From assembly GCA_902802355.1 (NCBI GenBank), contig CADCLU010000001.1:5533-69532 (forward strand): a stretch of DNA of 64,000 bases, given 5' to 3'. The first letter of the stretch is position 1, and the number at the start of each line of letters is the position of its first letter. Positions 1 to 8,385 of this stretch are shown here, piece by piece. Made by a program: the position numbers and the translations under genes. The DNA comes from an uncultured Erysipelotrichaceae bacterium. Its GTDB lineage: Bacteria; Bacillota_I; Bacilli_A; RFN20; CAG-826. The notes below the pieces were generated by a model that searched no databases, was not told the DNA's origin, and saw only the letters and a program-made list of their open reading frames with translations.

Positions 1-747
1 TTCGATACATTCGATCCTCACACCTATTACAACATGCTCCGTGAAGGAACGATTCCTACCACTGCGGCATTGTCCCCTGCCAACTACAAAGAGATATTCG
101 AACCTTCCTTTGCTAAAGGCGAGACTATCCTTTATATCCATTTCTCTAGTGCGATGAGCAACACCTTCGACAACATGGAGATCGCCATCAAAGAGCTCAA
201 AGAGAAATATCCAGAAGCGAGATTCGAGCACTTCGACACCCTTATGATGACGACTGGTGCCTATGTCATCGTCAAAGAGATGCTTGAGAGATACAAAGCC
301 GGCGCATCTATCGATGAGCTTATCGAATGGGGCGAGAAAGAAAGACAGCACTTCGCCTGCTACTTCTTCGCCGATGACCTTAAGTTCTTCAGAAGATCTG
401 GACGTGTTTCAGGATTCAGCGCGTTCATGGGAGGAATGATTGGCATCAAGCCTCTTATCAACATCAATGAGAAAGGCATCATGGGATCCTTTGGAAAGGC
501 GATTGGCCAGGCTAATGCCATCAAGACCATCGTCAAGTTAGTTGAGGACCTTGGTGACGATATCAAGAACTACACATTCGTCGTTGGACATACGGATGCC
601 CCACTTCTAGTTAAGAAGACAATAGATATGCTAAGAGCCAAATTCGGAGAAGACCTTAAGATCGAGAAGGTCCCATGCAACCCGACCGCTGGAGCACATA
701 GCGGCCCAGGCGGAGTCGCTCTTGCCTTCCACGCCAAACATAGATAA
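1..747 (+). CDS. DegV family fatty-acid-binding protein (5' end lies left of the window)
   Basis: The frame is open from base 1 into the ATG at 34. The ORF has a DegV-like layout (IHFSSAMSNTF, C-terminal GPGGVALAF). A hairpin terminator follows at 755-780. Confidence 0.75.
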   Translation, partial: FDTFDPHTYYNMLREGTIPTTAALSPANYKEIFEPSFAKGETILYIHFSSAMSNTFDNMEIAIKELKEKYPEARFEHFDTLMMTTGAYVIVKEMLERYKAGASIDELIEWGEKERQHFACYFFADDLKFFRRSGRVSGFSAFMGGMIGIKPLININEKGIMGSFGKAIGQANAIKTIVKLVEDLGDDIKNYTFVVGHTDAPLLVKKTIDMLRAKFGEDLKIEKVPCNPTAGAHSGPGGVALAFHAKHR

Positions 748-754
748 AAATAAG

Positions 755-780
755 ACCTCACCAAACGGTGAGGTTTTTTG
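755..780 (+). terminator. rho-independent terminator of degV
   Basis: Stem acctcacc/ggtgaggt with loop aaac, followed by a T6 run. Confidence 0.8.
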
Positions 781-855
781 TTCAGAAAAGGTCGACAAAT
801 AGCCTACTTTTTGTTTCTCTAGAACGCCATAGGCATAAAAATAAGGTATTGGTTC

Positions 856-946
856 GGCGAAAAAGGAATATTTTTAAAGTATCGTTTTGGCAAAAAAGGA
901 ATATTTTTAAAGTATCGTTTTGGCAAAAAAGGAATATTTTTAAAGT
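856..946. repeat. 33-bp direct tandem repeat, about 2.8 copies (ggcRaaaaaggaatatttttaaagtatcgtttt)
   Basis: Copies at 856-888 and 889-921 differ at one base. A third copy at 922-946 is identical until it diverges at 947. The array lies between the degV terminator and pepC. Confidence 0.9.
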
Positions 947-1110
947 GTCCACCACCATCTTAAGCCCGATTTCGCGTGCCTTTATTAGCAAGACCGAACC
1001 GACATCCCAGAGAAAACAATTGGTTTTTCTTACTTTATAAAAAGTAATCCTTTAGTTTTCTATATCTTGTGCTATGTTAATCAAGCGCTTCAAAAGGAGG
1101 AAGCAGTTAT

Positions 1111-2448
1111 ATGAAAGAAGCAATTGAATCAAAAGACTTATCTTCATATGAAGATGAATACAAAAAAGACAAGAGCCACAAGGTGATCGAAAGAACGGTC
1201 ACCCACAACGGCTTATATAACAGCGCGATCGACAAAGAGACCTTCGATTCCTTGACCGATACCTTCAGCATCGATGTCAAAGCCGGTTCCGTCACCAATC
1301 AGAAGCAATCAGGAAGATGCTGGATGTTCGCTGGACTCAATGTCCTTAGAACCATCCTCATGAAGAAGCTTAACATCAAGAACATCGAATTATCCCAAGC
1401 CTATCTTCAGTTCTATGACAAGCTTGAGAAGAGCAACGCCACACTCGAGAGAGCGATGCTTCTCCTTGATGAGCCTATCGACTCAAGGATGAACACCTGG
1501 AACCTTGATAACACTTCCGATGGAGGATACTTCAACTGGTTCTCTAACCTTGTGAAGAAGTATGGCGTCGTTCCTTCTTACGTCATGCCTGATGGAGCGG
1601 TCTCCTCTGCTACTTCTGAATTAAACGCCACTCTCAATCAGTTGATTGCCAAAGACATCTATTCTCTTAGAAAAGCCCACGAAGAAGGGAAGAGTGTTGA
1701 TGAGCTTCGTTCCTTAAAGGAAGGTTTCCTCTCTGAGATCTACAAAGTCCTTGGAATGACTCTTGGCACCATCTCCGAATCATTCACCTTCGAATACACA
1801 GACAAAGACGATAAGTATCACAACGAAGGAAAGTTCACTCCGAAAGAGTTCTATGACAAGTATATTGGTGGTGACTTCTCCAATTACCTTGGCTTAGGTC
1901 ATTATCCTCTTCCATCCTTCAAGGAATACCAAAGGTATGAATGCAAATGGATCAAGAACGTCCATGAAGGTGAGGCCGCTAGTTGGTTCAGCATCCCATT
2001 AAACAAACTCAAAGAAGCTTTAATTGCTTCCCTTAAGGATGAGACGGTTGTTTGGTTCGCTGCAGACGTCAGAGCAGAGTGCCTCCGCAAAGAAGGCCTT
2101 ATGGGCAAGGACCTCATCCGTGTTGATGAGCTTCTTGGAATCTCCTTCCCTCTCACCAAAGGCGAAAGGCTCTTATACAGAACCTCTACCTGCTGCCATG
2201 CGATGACCTTCACCGGAGTTAACCTTGATGAGAAAGGTCTTCCAAACAAATGGAAGATTGAGAACTCCTGGGGAAAGGACAATGGCAAAGACGGATATTA
2301 TGTCTCCGATGACGCTTGGTTCGATGAATACGTCTATGAGATCTGGGTCGACAAGAAATACGTTGATCCTGAGATCGTTAAGAAATACGAAGAATCCAAA
2401 GCCGAAGAGATTGAGCCATTCAACCCAGTCACCCTTATCATGAAATAA
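1111..2448 (+). CDS. pepC: aminopeptidase C (bleomycin-hydrolase-type cysteine peptidase, family C1B)
   Basis: 445 aa. Active-site context QKQSGRCWMFAGLN and a C-terminal WGxxxGxxGY-like block (NSWGKDNGKDGYY). SD aaggagg lies 8 nt upstream of the ATG. Confidence 0.9.
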   Translation: MKEAIESKDLSSYEDEYKKDKSHKVIERTVTHNGLYNSAIDKETFDSLTDTFSIDVKAGSVTNQKQSGRCWMFAGLNVLRTILMKKLNIKNIELSQAYLQFYDKLEKSNATLERAMLLLDEPIDSRMNTWNLDNTSDGGYFNWFSNLVKKYGVVPSYVMPDGAVSSATSELNATLNQLIAKDIYSLRKAHEEGKSVDELRSLKEGFLSEIYKVLGMTLGTISESFTFEYTDKDDKYHNEGKFTPKEFYDKYIGGDFSNYLGLGHYPLPSFKEYQRYECKWIKNVHEGEAASWFSIPLNKLKEALIASLKDETVVWFAADVRAECLRKEGLMGKDLIRVDELLGISFPLTKGERLLYRTSTCCHAMTFTGVNLDEKGLPNKWKIENSWGKDNGKDGYYVSDDAWFDEYVYEIWVDKKYVDPEIVKKYEESKAEEIEPFNPVTLIMK

Positions 2449-2452
2449 AAAG

Positions 2453-2482
2453 AACCCCTTCCATTTGGAGGGGTTTTATTTA
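2453..2482. terminator. shared (bidirectional) terminator between pepC and the convergent AAA ATPase gene
   Basis: Imperfect hairpin aaccccttcca/tggaggggtt, flanked by an A-run on the left and a T-rich tract on the right. Confidence 0.6.
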
Positions 2483-2494
2483 TGGTCAACCAGC

Positions 2495-3787
2495 TTACCA
2501 CTCGCCAAGAAGGAAATCGATGACATTGATAGTGAGGACTCCGTTGTCATCGTACCAGCTTTTTGCAACATCGTTTCTGACAACTATCTTGCTAAAAGAA
2601 TCACCAGTAAGATTCAGAGGGCTGTACTCGGAATCCTTTTTATCTTCGCTCTCGATAGCGAAAGCCGATTGGATATAGAGTTTTTTGCCACCCAAAGTAG
2701 CAATGAAATCTATCTCTTTTTTTATCCTTGAGATTTTGCCGCTTTCGTCTTTGACGCTTTTATGAACAACCCCTACATCGATAGAATAGCCCCTTATGGC
2801 AAGTTCGTTATAGATGATGTTCTCCATAATGTGAGTCATCTCTTGTTGGCGAAAACCTATTCTGGCGTTTCTTAAACCCACATCCTCAAAATAGTATTTG
2901 CTTGGATAAGAAAGATAGAGGGAGCCCTTTACGTCGTAACGTTTGCTTTCATGGATCATGAACGCGTCATCGAGGTCGTCGATATATGATTTAACGGTAT
3001 TTAAAGAAACGAGGTCTTTACCACTTCTTTTTCTGACGGAATTAATGGAATTGGTTATGTTGCTGTAATTCGTCAAAGAGCCGATGGATGAGCATAGCAA
3101 ATCCGTAATGTCAGACAAAACGTCTTCATGTTCAATCTTCTTCCTTTCAACTATGTCTTTGAAATAGAGCTCATTGAAGAGGGATTTCAGATAGCTCATC
3201 TTAGATTGTTCGTCTGGTTTCAAAAGAACAAGAGGGAGCCCACCATAGAAGGCATATTCATCAAAAGCATTCCTCTTATCCCCTCCTACATACGAATAGT
3301 ATTCTTTGAAAGACAAGGGATGCATTCTGATCTCATCGCTTCTTCCCCTAAACTCAGTCAAGACGTCTTTAGAAAGCATCTTAGAATTGCTTCCAGTGAC
3401 ATAAACGTCGAGGTTCTTAATTTCCTTCAGATCATTAATCGCATCATAGAAGGTGATTCTTTTTGCGTTTTTGTCATATGGATTTTGCACTTCATCCGAC
3501 ATCTGTATCTCGTCGACAAAAAGATAGTACTTTCCGTCACTTGACACCTTCTCCCTGACGTACTCTGCCAAAACAATAGGGTTCCTATATTTGATGAATC
3601 TCATCTCTTCCAAAGAAATGAAAATGATGTTTTCTTCAGGGGTCCCTATCGATAATAGGTAATTCTTGTAAAGCTCTTTCAAAAGATAGGATTTTCCTGA
3701 ACGCCTGATTCCGGTTATGACCTTGACTTGTCCATCCCACGAATAGTCGATCAATTGTTTAAGGTATCTGTCTCTTTGGATATTCAT
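2495..3787 (-). CDS. AAA-family ATPase of the COG1373 type (AAA_14 plus DUF4143-like architecture), function unknown
   Basis: 430 aa. Walker A GIRRSGKSYLL and Walker B-like YYLFVDEIQ. SD ggag lies 8 nt upstream. G+C is markedly lower than in neighbouring genes. Confidence 0.7.
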   Translation of the reverse strand: MNIQRDRYLKQLIDYSWDGQVKVITGIRRSGKSYLLKELYKNYLLSIGTPEENIIFISLEEMRFIKYRNPIVLAEYVREKVSSDGKYYLFVDEIQMSDEVQNPYDKNAKRITFYDAINDLKEIKNLDVYVTGSNSKMLSKDVLTEFRGRSDEIRMHPLSFKEYYSYVGGDKRNAFDEYAFYGGLPLVLLKPDEQSKMSYLKSLFNELYFKDIVERKKIEHEDVLSDITDLLCSSIGSLTNYSNITNSINSVRKRSGKDLVSLNTVKSYIDDLDDAFMIHESKRYDVKGSLYLSYPSKYYFEDVGLRNARIGFRQQEMTHIMENIIYNELAIRGYSIDVGVVHKSVKDESGKISRIKKEIDFIATLGGKKLYIQSAFAIESEDKKDSEYSPLNLTGDSFSKIVVRNDVAKSWYDDNGVLTINVIDFLLGEW

Positions 3788-3800
3788 TTTGATTACTCCG

Positions 3801-3921
3801 TTGAAAAGTTTTTAATATTTTGCACGTACTTTTCAATGAGATTATAGAACATAGCCTGTGCATTTGCGAGTACATATTGAAAACTACGGTAAAAATATGC
3901 ACTACTTTTCAATGAGATTAT
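3801..3921. repeat. two copies of a 45-nt module, each an inverted repeat TTGAAAAGT...ACTTTTCAA followed by TGAGATTAT
   Basis: Module A is 3801-3845 and module B is 3877-3921. The 3' 18 nt (acttttcaatgagattat) are identical in both, the 5' arm is ttgaaaa in both, and both carry an internal tgcac. Confidence 0.85.
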
Positions 3922-3942
3922 CAAAAGACGATTAGTTGAGAG

Positions 3943-4764
3943 TTATATCGCACCGAGATGGAGGCAACATTCCTTTGCCGCTATATTCGCAAAAGACAGC
4001 ACTTCTTCCATGTTCGGTTCTTTCTCTTTATCTAATATATAAAGGACCGCGCCCATGAAGGCGTCACCTGCCCCTGTTGTGTCAACTGGTTTGATTGGCT
4101 CACTCTTAGCGAAAGTGTCCTTCCCTTTGTAAGAGCACATTGAGCCTTTCTTTCCTAAAGTGATGAAGACCATCTTGTCTTTCAGTTCTTCTTTGATGAA
4201 GCCTTCTCCAAGAAGAGATATCTCATCCTCTGAGAGTTTGACGATATCGGAGAGAAGACAGATTCTTTTCGATATCTCTATTGCTTCTTCTATTGAAGAA
4301 TAGACATCGCTTCTGAAATTGACATCAAATGATATCTTCTTATTCATCTTATGGACCTTATCGATGAGGGAGAGGATGTATTCCTTCCCTTCCTTGATTG
4401 AAAGAGGAAGAGAACCTATATGGATGATATTGCTTCTAGAGAGAAGAGAATCATCGATATCAGGAAGATATGCGTCTGCGGTGTTATCCCTTTCAAATCT
4501 GAAAGATCTTTCCCCATCCTTAAGCTCAACGATAGCCTTGGTTGTCTTCCTATTTATATCCTCTTTAAGAAGGAGGGTGTTGAATCCAAAAGACGAAGCG
4601 AAGTCCTTTAAGAACTCCCCTTCTTCATCTTTTCCGATTGAACCAGCGAAAGAGACATCTCCTCCTAAGCGGGACGCATTCACTGCCACATTGAAAGGCG
4701 CGCCTCCGACTTTGGAGACTCCTTCAATGACATCGATTAATATCTCTCCGACCGAAAGGATCAT
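3943..4764 (-). CDS. PfkB-family sugar kinase (fructokinase-like)
   Basis: 273 aa. N-terminal GEILIDV, a GGAPFNVA block and the C-terminal PfkB signature DTTGAGDAF. Confidence 0.8.
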   Translation of the reverse strand: MILSVGEILIDVIEGVSKVGGAPFNVAVNASRLGGDVSFAGSIGKDEEGEFLKDFASSFGFNTLLLKEDINRKTTKAIVELKDGERSFRFERDNTADAYLPDIDDSLLSRSNIIHIGSLPLSIKEGKEYILSLIDKVHKMNKKISFDVNFRSDVYSSIEEAIEISKRICLLSDIVKLSEDEISLLGEGFIKEELKDKMVFITLGKKGSMCSYKGKDTFAKSEPIKPVDTTGAGDAFMGAVLYILDKEKEPNMEEVLSFANIAAKECCLHLGAI

Positions 4765-4773
4765 AGCACCGCT

Positions 4774-4802
4774 ATAGTAGCAAAAAACTTAGCAAATAAC
4801 AA
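4774..4802 (-). promoter_or_regulatory. candidate sigma-70-type promoter (TTGTTA-N17-TACTAT) for the kinase gene
   Basis: On the minus strand the -35 box is at 4802-4797 and the -10 box at 4779-4774. The ATG at 4764 is only 9 nt past the -10 box and has no SD. Confidence 0.45.
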
Positions 4803-4826
4803 AAAAAAGCCCTGCAAAACAGGGCT
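4801..4826 (-). terminator. rho-independent terminator ending the opp/peptidase operon
   Basis: The minus strand reads gccctg-ttttg-cagggc followed by T8. It lies 19 nt after the stop of the 4845-6566 gene. Confidence 0.85.
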
Positions 4827-4844
4827 TAATTTGTCTAAGTTAGA

Positions 4845-6566
4845 CTAGTTGTCAAGCCTGATCTCAAGCGTCGCGACAGCACCGTATTCAGCATCTTTGA
4901 CGATGTTCTTGACCTTGAGGTAGTAGTTGAAGGTGCAAGTCTCATCGATGGTGAAGGTCTGCTTATCGGTGCCAACCCAACCAGTGATGGTCTTGGCTTT
5001 ATTCCAGAGGTTGGTTCCGCTTGGCATGAAGGTCTTGGCCCAAGCGGTCTTGGCTCCAAGGTTGAAACGCTGACCCTTCTTGAAGAGGGTACCGTTGTTA
5101 GCAGTGAAGTTTGGAGTGTTGGTCCAGTTCTGCTCGATATTGGAGGAATCCATTAAGGAGAGCTGGGTGAAGTACTGCTTGGCGCTTCCATCCTCATTTG
5201 GCCAGAAGTCGAGGTCGGTACGCATGCCATTACGGCCAGCGTGGGAGTTGGTGTTTCTGACTTCGCCACCATTTCTTCCAAGATCGTTAGGATCGGAGAT
5301 CCACTGATCGTGGTTTCCTCTCCACATACGGTTGTCGACGTGGGTGATTCTGATGCCATCCTCAGTAAAGCCTTTGGTGCTTTCGTAACCGCTCTTGTAG
5401 TCACGCTCAGCAAGTCCATGAGGACCCATGAGCTCGACCATCATGAATTCGTCGAAGGCGGTCATGTTGTAGTTTGGAGAAGCGAGGACCAAGCAATCAC
5501 CGGAGGTGGTTGTGGTTCTTAAGGTGATCTCAGCGACTTTGCCATCTTTGAGCATATCCTCTTTGATGACCCATGGGTTGACCCAGCCATAGAGGTACTT
5601 GGTGAAGGCACAGTGATCGCCAAGGTTGTGATCCATGTAATCGACACCACCCATTGGTTTCCAGACGTTGTTGTAGTCGTAGTAGTCAAGGACACCATAG
5701 GTGTGGCCAGTCTCGTGGATGAAGGTGTGGGTATCGTAGCCATTGAATTTGGCGGTCATGAAATTCGTGGAAGCGAAGGCTAAGGTCTGGACGTTTGGAC
5801 TTGCGATGTTCGCGCTGTCACCGGTGTAGGTGACGTAGGCCCACCAGAATTCAGTGCTGTTTTCAGTCTGAGGATAGGCATAGACATTCCAGACAAGATC
5901 GATGAAGCCATCTTCATCGCTGTCGAAATCTTTCCAGGTGTACTGCCAATCCGCACCTAACAAACCATGGTTGGCTTTATTGTATTCGGCGATGTACCAA
6001 CTCTTGAGGTAATTGGAAGCAGTGACGCCACCTCCTTGGGCAGCGGCAGCAGACTGGAACTGACTTGGGGTGCCGGTGTAATCGACCCAGCATGGGAGGA
6101 CGACGACATCGAAAGCGCCTTTTCCATAGGAAGACTTCTCATAGAAGCTCTGGACGGAGAAGATCTCGCTACCAGAGAGCTGCTTGAGCTCTTCATCGCT
6201 CGCGGTGAAGGCCTTGGTGATCTTCTGGAGAAGAGCGTCATCCGCAACGATGTTGTCTCTCGTGTCGCTTTGATCCTTCTGGAAACGGAAAGGATTGACG
6301 AGAAGTTTCTGTTTCTTGCCGTTTTCCGGACGGGAATTGACGTGAGGGTAACCGGAGGCTTTGAAGATCTCCGCGCGGTTGAGGTTATGGGTCGTTCCGT
6401 CAGCGGCAGTATATGTGGTGACGCCTAAAGGAAGATCCGCATTGGTGATATCGGCTGGTGCCTCAGATGAGCTTGTGCTGTCGCTTTCCTCGATCGCTGG
6501 CTGAGAGCAACCGGCAAGGCAGATAGCGGTCATCGTAAGCGAGACGACTAAGAGTTTCTTGTTCAT
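4845..6566 (-). CDS. surface lipoprotein with a zinc-metallopeptidase motif (M6/InhA-like)
   Basis: 573 aa. Signal peptide plus lipobox (LTMTAICLAGCSQ). HExxH in FIHETGHTYGVLDYYDY resembles the HExGHxxGxxDxY motif of immune-inhibitor-A peptidases. Confidence 0.65.
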   Translation of the reverse strand: MNKKLLVVSLTMTAICLAGCSQPAIEESDSTSSSEAPADITNADLPLGVTTYTAADGTTHNLNRAEIFKASGYPHVNSRPENGKKQKLLVNPFRFQKDQSDTRDNIVADDALLQKITKAFTASDEELKQLSGSEIFSVQSFYEKSSYGKGAFDVVVLPCWVDYTGTPSQFQSAAAAQGGGVTASNYLKSWYIAEYNKANHGLLGADWQYTWKDFDSDEDGFIDLVWNVYAYPQTENSTEFWWAYVTYTGDSANIASPNVQTLAFASTNFMTAKFNGYDTHTFIHETGHTYGVLDYYDYNNVWKPMGGVDYMDHNLGDHCAFTKYLYGWVNPWVIKEDMLKDGKVAEITLRTTTTSGDCLVLASPNYNMTAFDEFMMVELMGPHGLAERDYKSGYESTKGFTEDGIRITHVDNRMWRGNHDQWISDPNDLGRNGGEVRNTNSHAGRNGMRTDLDFWPNEDGSAKQYFTQLSLMDSSNIEQNWTNTPNFTANNGTLFKKGQRFNLGAKTAWAKTFMPSGTNLWNKAKTITGWVGTDKQTFTIDETCTFNYYLKVKNIVKDAEYGAVATLEIRLDN

Positions 6567-6584
6567 GGTGGGTTTTCTCCTTTC

Positions 6585-7049
6585 CTATATAAGGTTCGAA
6601 TAGATGATGATGATTACCACTCCTACCGCTATGAATCCTAGCGATACCCATAAGAGTGGGAATACGGTCTTACGTTCTTCATGGTCTTTGAGGACCTTGT
6701 AGTCGTAATAGGTCTTTGGGAAGTTTTCCTTCCTCCATTTCGGGGCGAAGATGTTTAGGAACGCTAACTTCGTCGAATAGGCTAGAAGGTCGAATGCGCC
6801 TTTGGAGGATACGTATCCAAGTCCGAATCCGGCGAATCCGAGTAACCCGCTTAATCCGAATGCGTCGCCGAGGATATGAAGAACGATTTGATTCTTCACG
6901 ATGTTCCTTAAGGCGAAGTATTCGATGAGGGCGATGAGTCCTCCTAAGAGGGTTAAGGCCACAAGCGAGATGATGAGGTTCCTTCTGAAGCGGGCTTTGA
7001 GCTCCTCTTCAGGACGGAAGCTTTCTCCCGCTAACGGGATCTTGCTCAT
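6585..7049 (-). CDS. small multi-pass membrane protein (possibly DUF3899-like)
   Basis: 154 aa with 3-4 hydrophobic helices. It overlaps the oppF stop by 4 nt, so it is probably co-transcribed. Confidence 0.55.
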   Translation of the reverse strand: MSKIPLAGESFRPEEELKARFRRNLIISLVALTLLGGLIALIEYFALRNIVKNQIVLHILGDAFGLSGLLGFAGFGLGYVSSKGAFDLLAYSTKLAFLNIFAPKWRKENFPKTYYDYKVLKDHEERKTVFPLLWVSLGFIAVGVVIIIIYSNLI

Positions 7050-8383
7050 TTTTTGAGTTCCTCAAGATACCTCTTCGCTTCTTCGTCGTTGCATCTTACG
7101 AAGTGACCTGGGACGATCTCACGATAGGTTGGCTCTTGTTTCGAGTAATCGTGATCCGTCATCGGGTTGTAGATGATACGTGTTCTGTTCTTCTCGACGA
7201 TTGGGTCTGGGAATGGAACAGCGCTTAAGAGCGATTTGGTATATGGGTGAAGCGGATGGGCGAAGAGCTCATCGCTTGAAGCAAGCTCGACTAAGTTGCC
7301 ATAGTACATAACGGCGATTCTGTCGCAGAAGTACTTAACAACGCTTAAGTTGTGGGCAATGAAGATGATGGTGAGGCCAAGGGTGTTCCTTAATTCATTA
7401 AGGAGGTTGATGACCTGGGCTTGGACGGAGACATCAAGAGCGGATACTGGCTCATCAGCGACGATAAGCTCAGGTTTCATGATGATGGCGCGGGCGATGC
7501 CGATACGCTGACGCTGACCACCGCTGAATTCGTGTGGGTAACGCGTCATATGCTCTGGGACAAGGCCGACGAGCTTAAGGACTCTCTCGACTTCCCTGTC
7601 GATATATTCCTTATCTTTGACTCCGTTGATGATGAGGCCTTCCGCGATGATGTTGCGGACGGTCATACGAGGATTTAAGGAAGCGATTGGATCTTGGAAG
7701 ATCATCTGGACCTTGTGGGACAAGGTTGTGCGCTTAGCCTCAGCAAGTTCCTTTTTGTATTCCTCCTCGCTAAGAAGGCCTTCTTTGCGTTTCTTCTCAA
7801 CCACTTCAATCTCATGGGCAGCAAGGTGCTCATTGACGTGTTTGTTGTCATAATGGGCAGCACGGATTTTCTCCATCTGCTCTTTTCTGACTTTCTCAAC
7901 ATTGGCTTTGATCTCGGCGATCTGAGCGTCAAGTCTTTGAAGTTCAGGAGAGCCTGGTTCAAGACCGTATTTCTGAGCCTCGAGTTCTTTGATGTCCTCT
8001 TTGGCGCGGATGCCCGTCCACTTGATCTCCTTCTCGTTCCATCTTGTTCCGGCGGCGATTCTCACGCCTTCCAAATAGATGTCACCAGAAGTGATTGGAT
8101 ATAGACGAAGGATGTCACGACCTGTTGTGGTCTTGCCACATCCAGATTCACCTACAAGACCGAAGACCTCTCCTTTATAAACATCGAAGGAGACGTCATG
8201 GACGGCTTTGAGGTATTTGACTTCGCTGTTCTTGAAACGGAAGTACTGTTTGACGTGCTTGAGCTCAAGGATCTTCTCTGATTCAGAGTAATCGACCTTC
8301 TTGGCGAAGGACTCTTTCTCAATCGGGGCCTCTTTTGCAGGGGATTTTTTCATCGAGGCGGCTTTTTTCTTTGTTTCTGGCAT
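7046..8383 (-). CDS. oppF: oligopeptide ABC transporter ATP-binding protein OppF with a ~110-aa insertion before the Q-loop
   Basis: Walker A GESGCGKTT, Q-loop IFQDP, signature FSGGQRQR, Walker B LIVADEP and the typical Opp C-terminal HPYT motif. A Lys-rich N-terminal extension is present. Confidence 0.85.
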   Translation of the reverse strand: MPETKKKAASMKKSPAKEAPIEKESFAKKVDYSESEKILELKHVKQYFRFKNSEVKYLKAVHDVSFDVYKGEVFGLVGESGCGKTTTGRDILRLYPITSGDIYLEGVRIAAGTRWNEKEIKWTGIRAKEDIKELEAQKYGLEPGSPELQRLDAQIAEIKANVEKVRKEQMEKIRAAHYDNKHVNEHLAAHEIEVVEKKRKEGLLSEEEYKKELAEAKRTTLSHKVQMIFQDPIASLNPRMTVRNIIAEGLIINGVKDKEYIDREVERVLKLVGLVPEHMTRYPHEFSGGQRQRIGIARAIIMKPELIVADEPVSALDVSVQAQVINLLNELRNTLGLTIIFIAHNLSVVKYFCDRIAVMYYGNLVELASSDELFAHPLHPYTKSLLSAVPFPDPIVEKNRTRIIYNPMTDHDYSKQEPTYREIVPGHFVRCNDEEAKRYLEELKK

Positions 8384-8385
8384 CG

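Noticed and set aside
856-946. Possible CRISPR array.
   Set aside because: The repeats are contiguous with no spacers, there are only 2.8 copies, and there are no cas genes in the window.
768-1040. A 90-aa plus-strand ORF and a 69-aa minus-strand ORF that translate the 33-bp repeats into 11-aa peptide repeats.
   Set aside because: The period is a multiple of 3, so both strands stay open by construction. The plus ORF starts inside the degV terminator hairpin and has no SD. I treat the locus as non-coding DNA repeats.
2495-4764. A defence island or mobile element around the AAA ATPase.
   Set aside because: There is no integrase, transposase, nuclease, methyltransferase or toxin partner and no target-site duplication. 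The only neighbour is an ordinary-looking PfkB sugar kinase. The low G+C and flanking repeats are noted as findings, not called as a mobile element.
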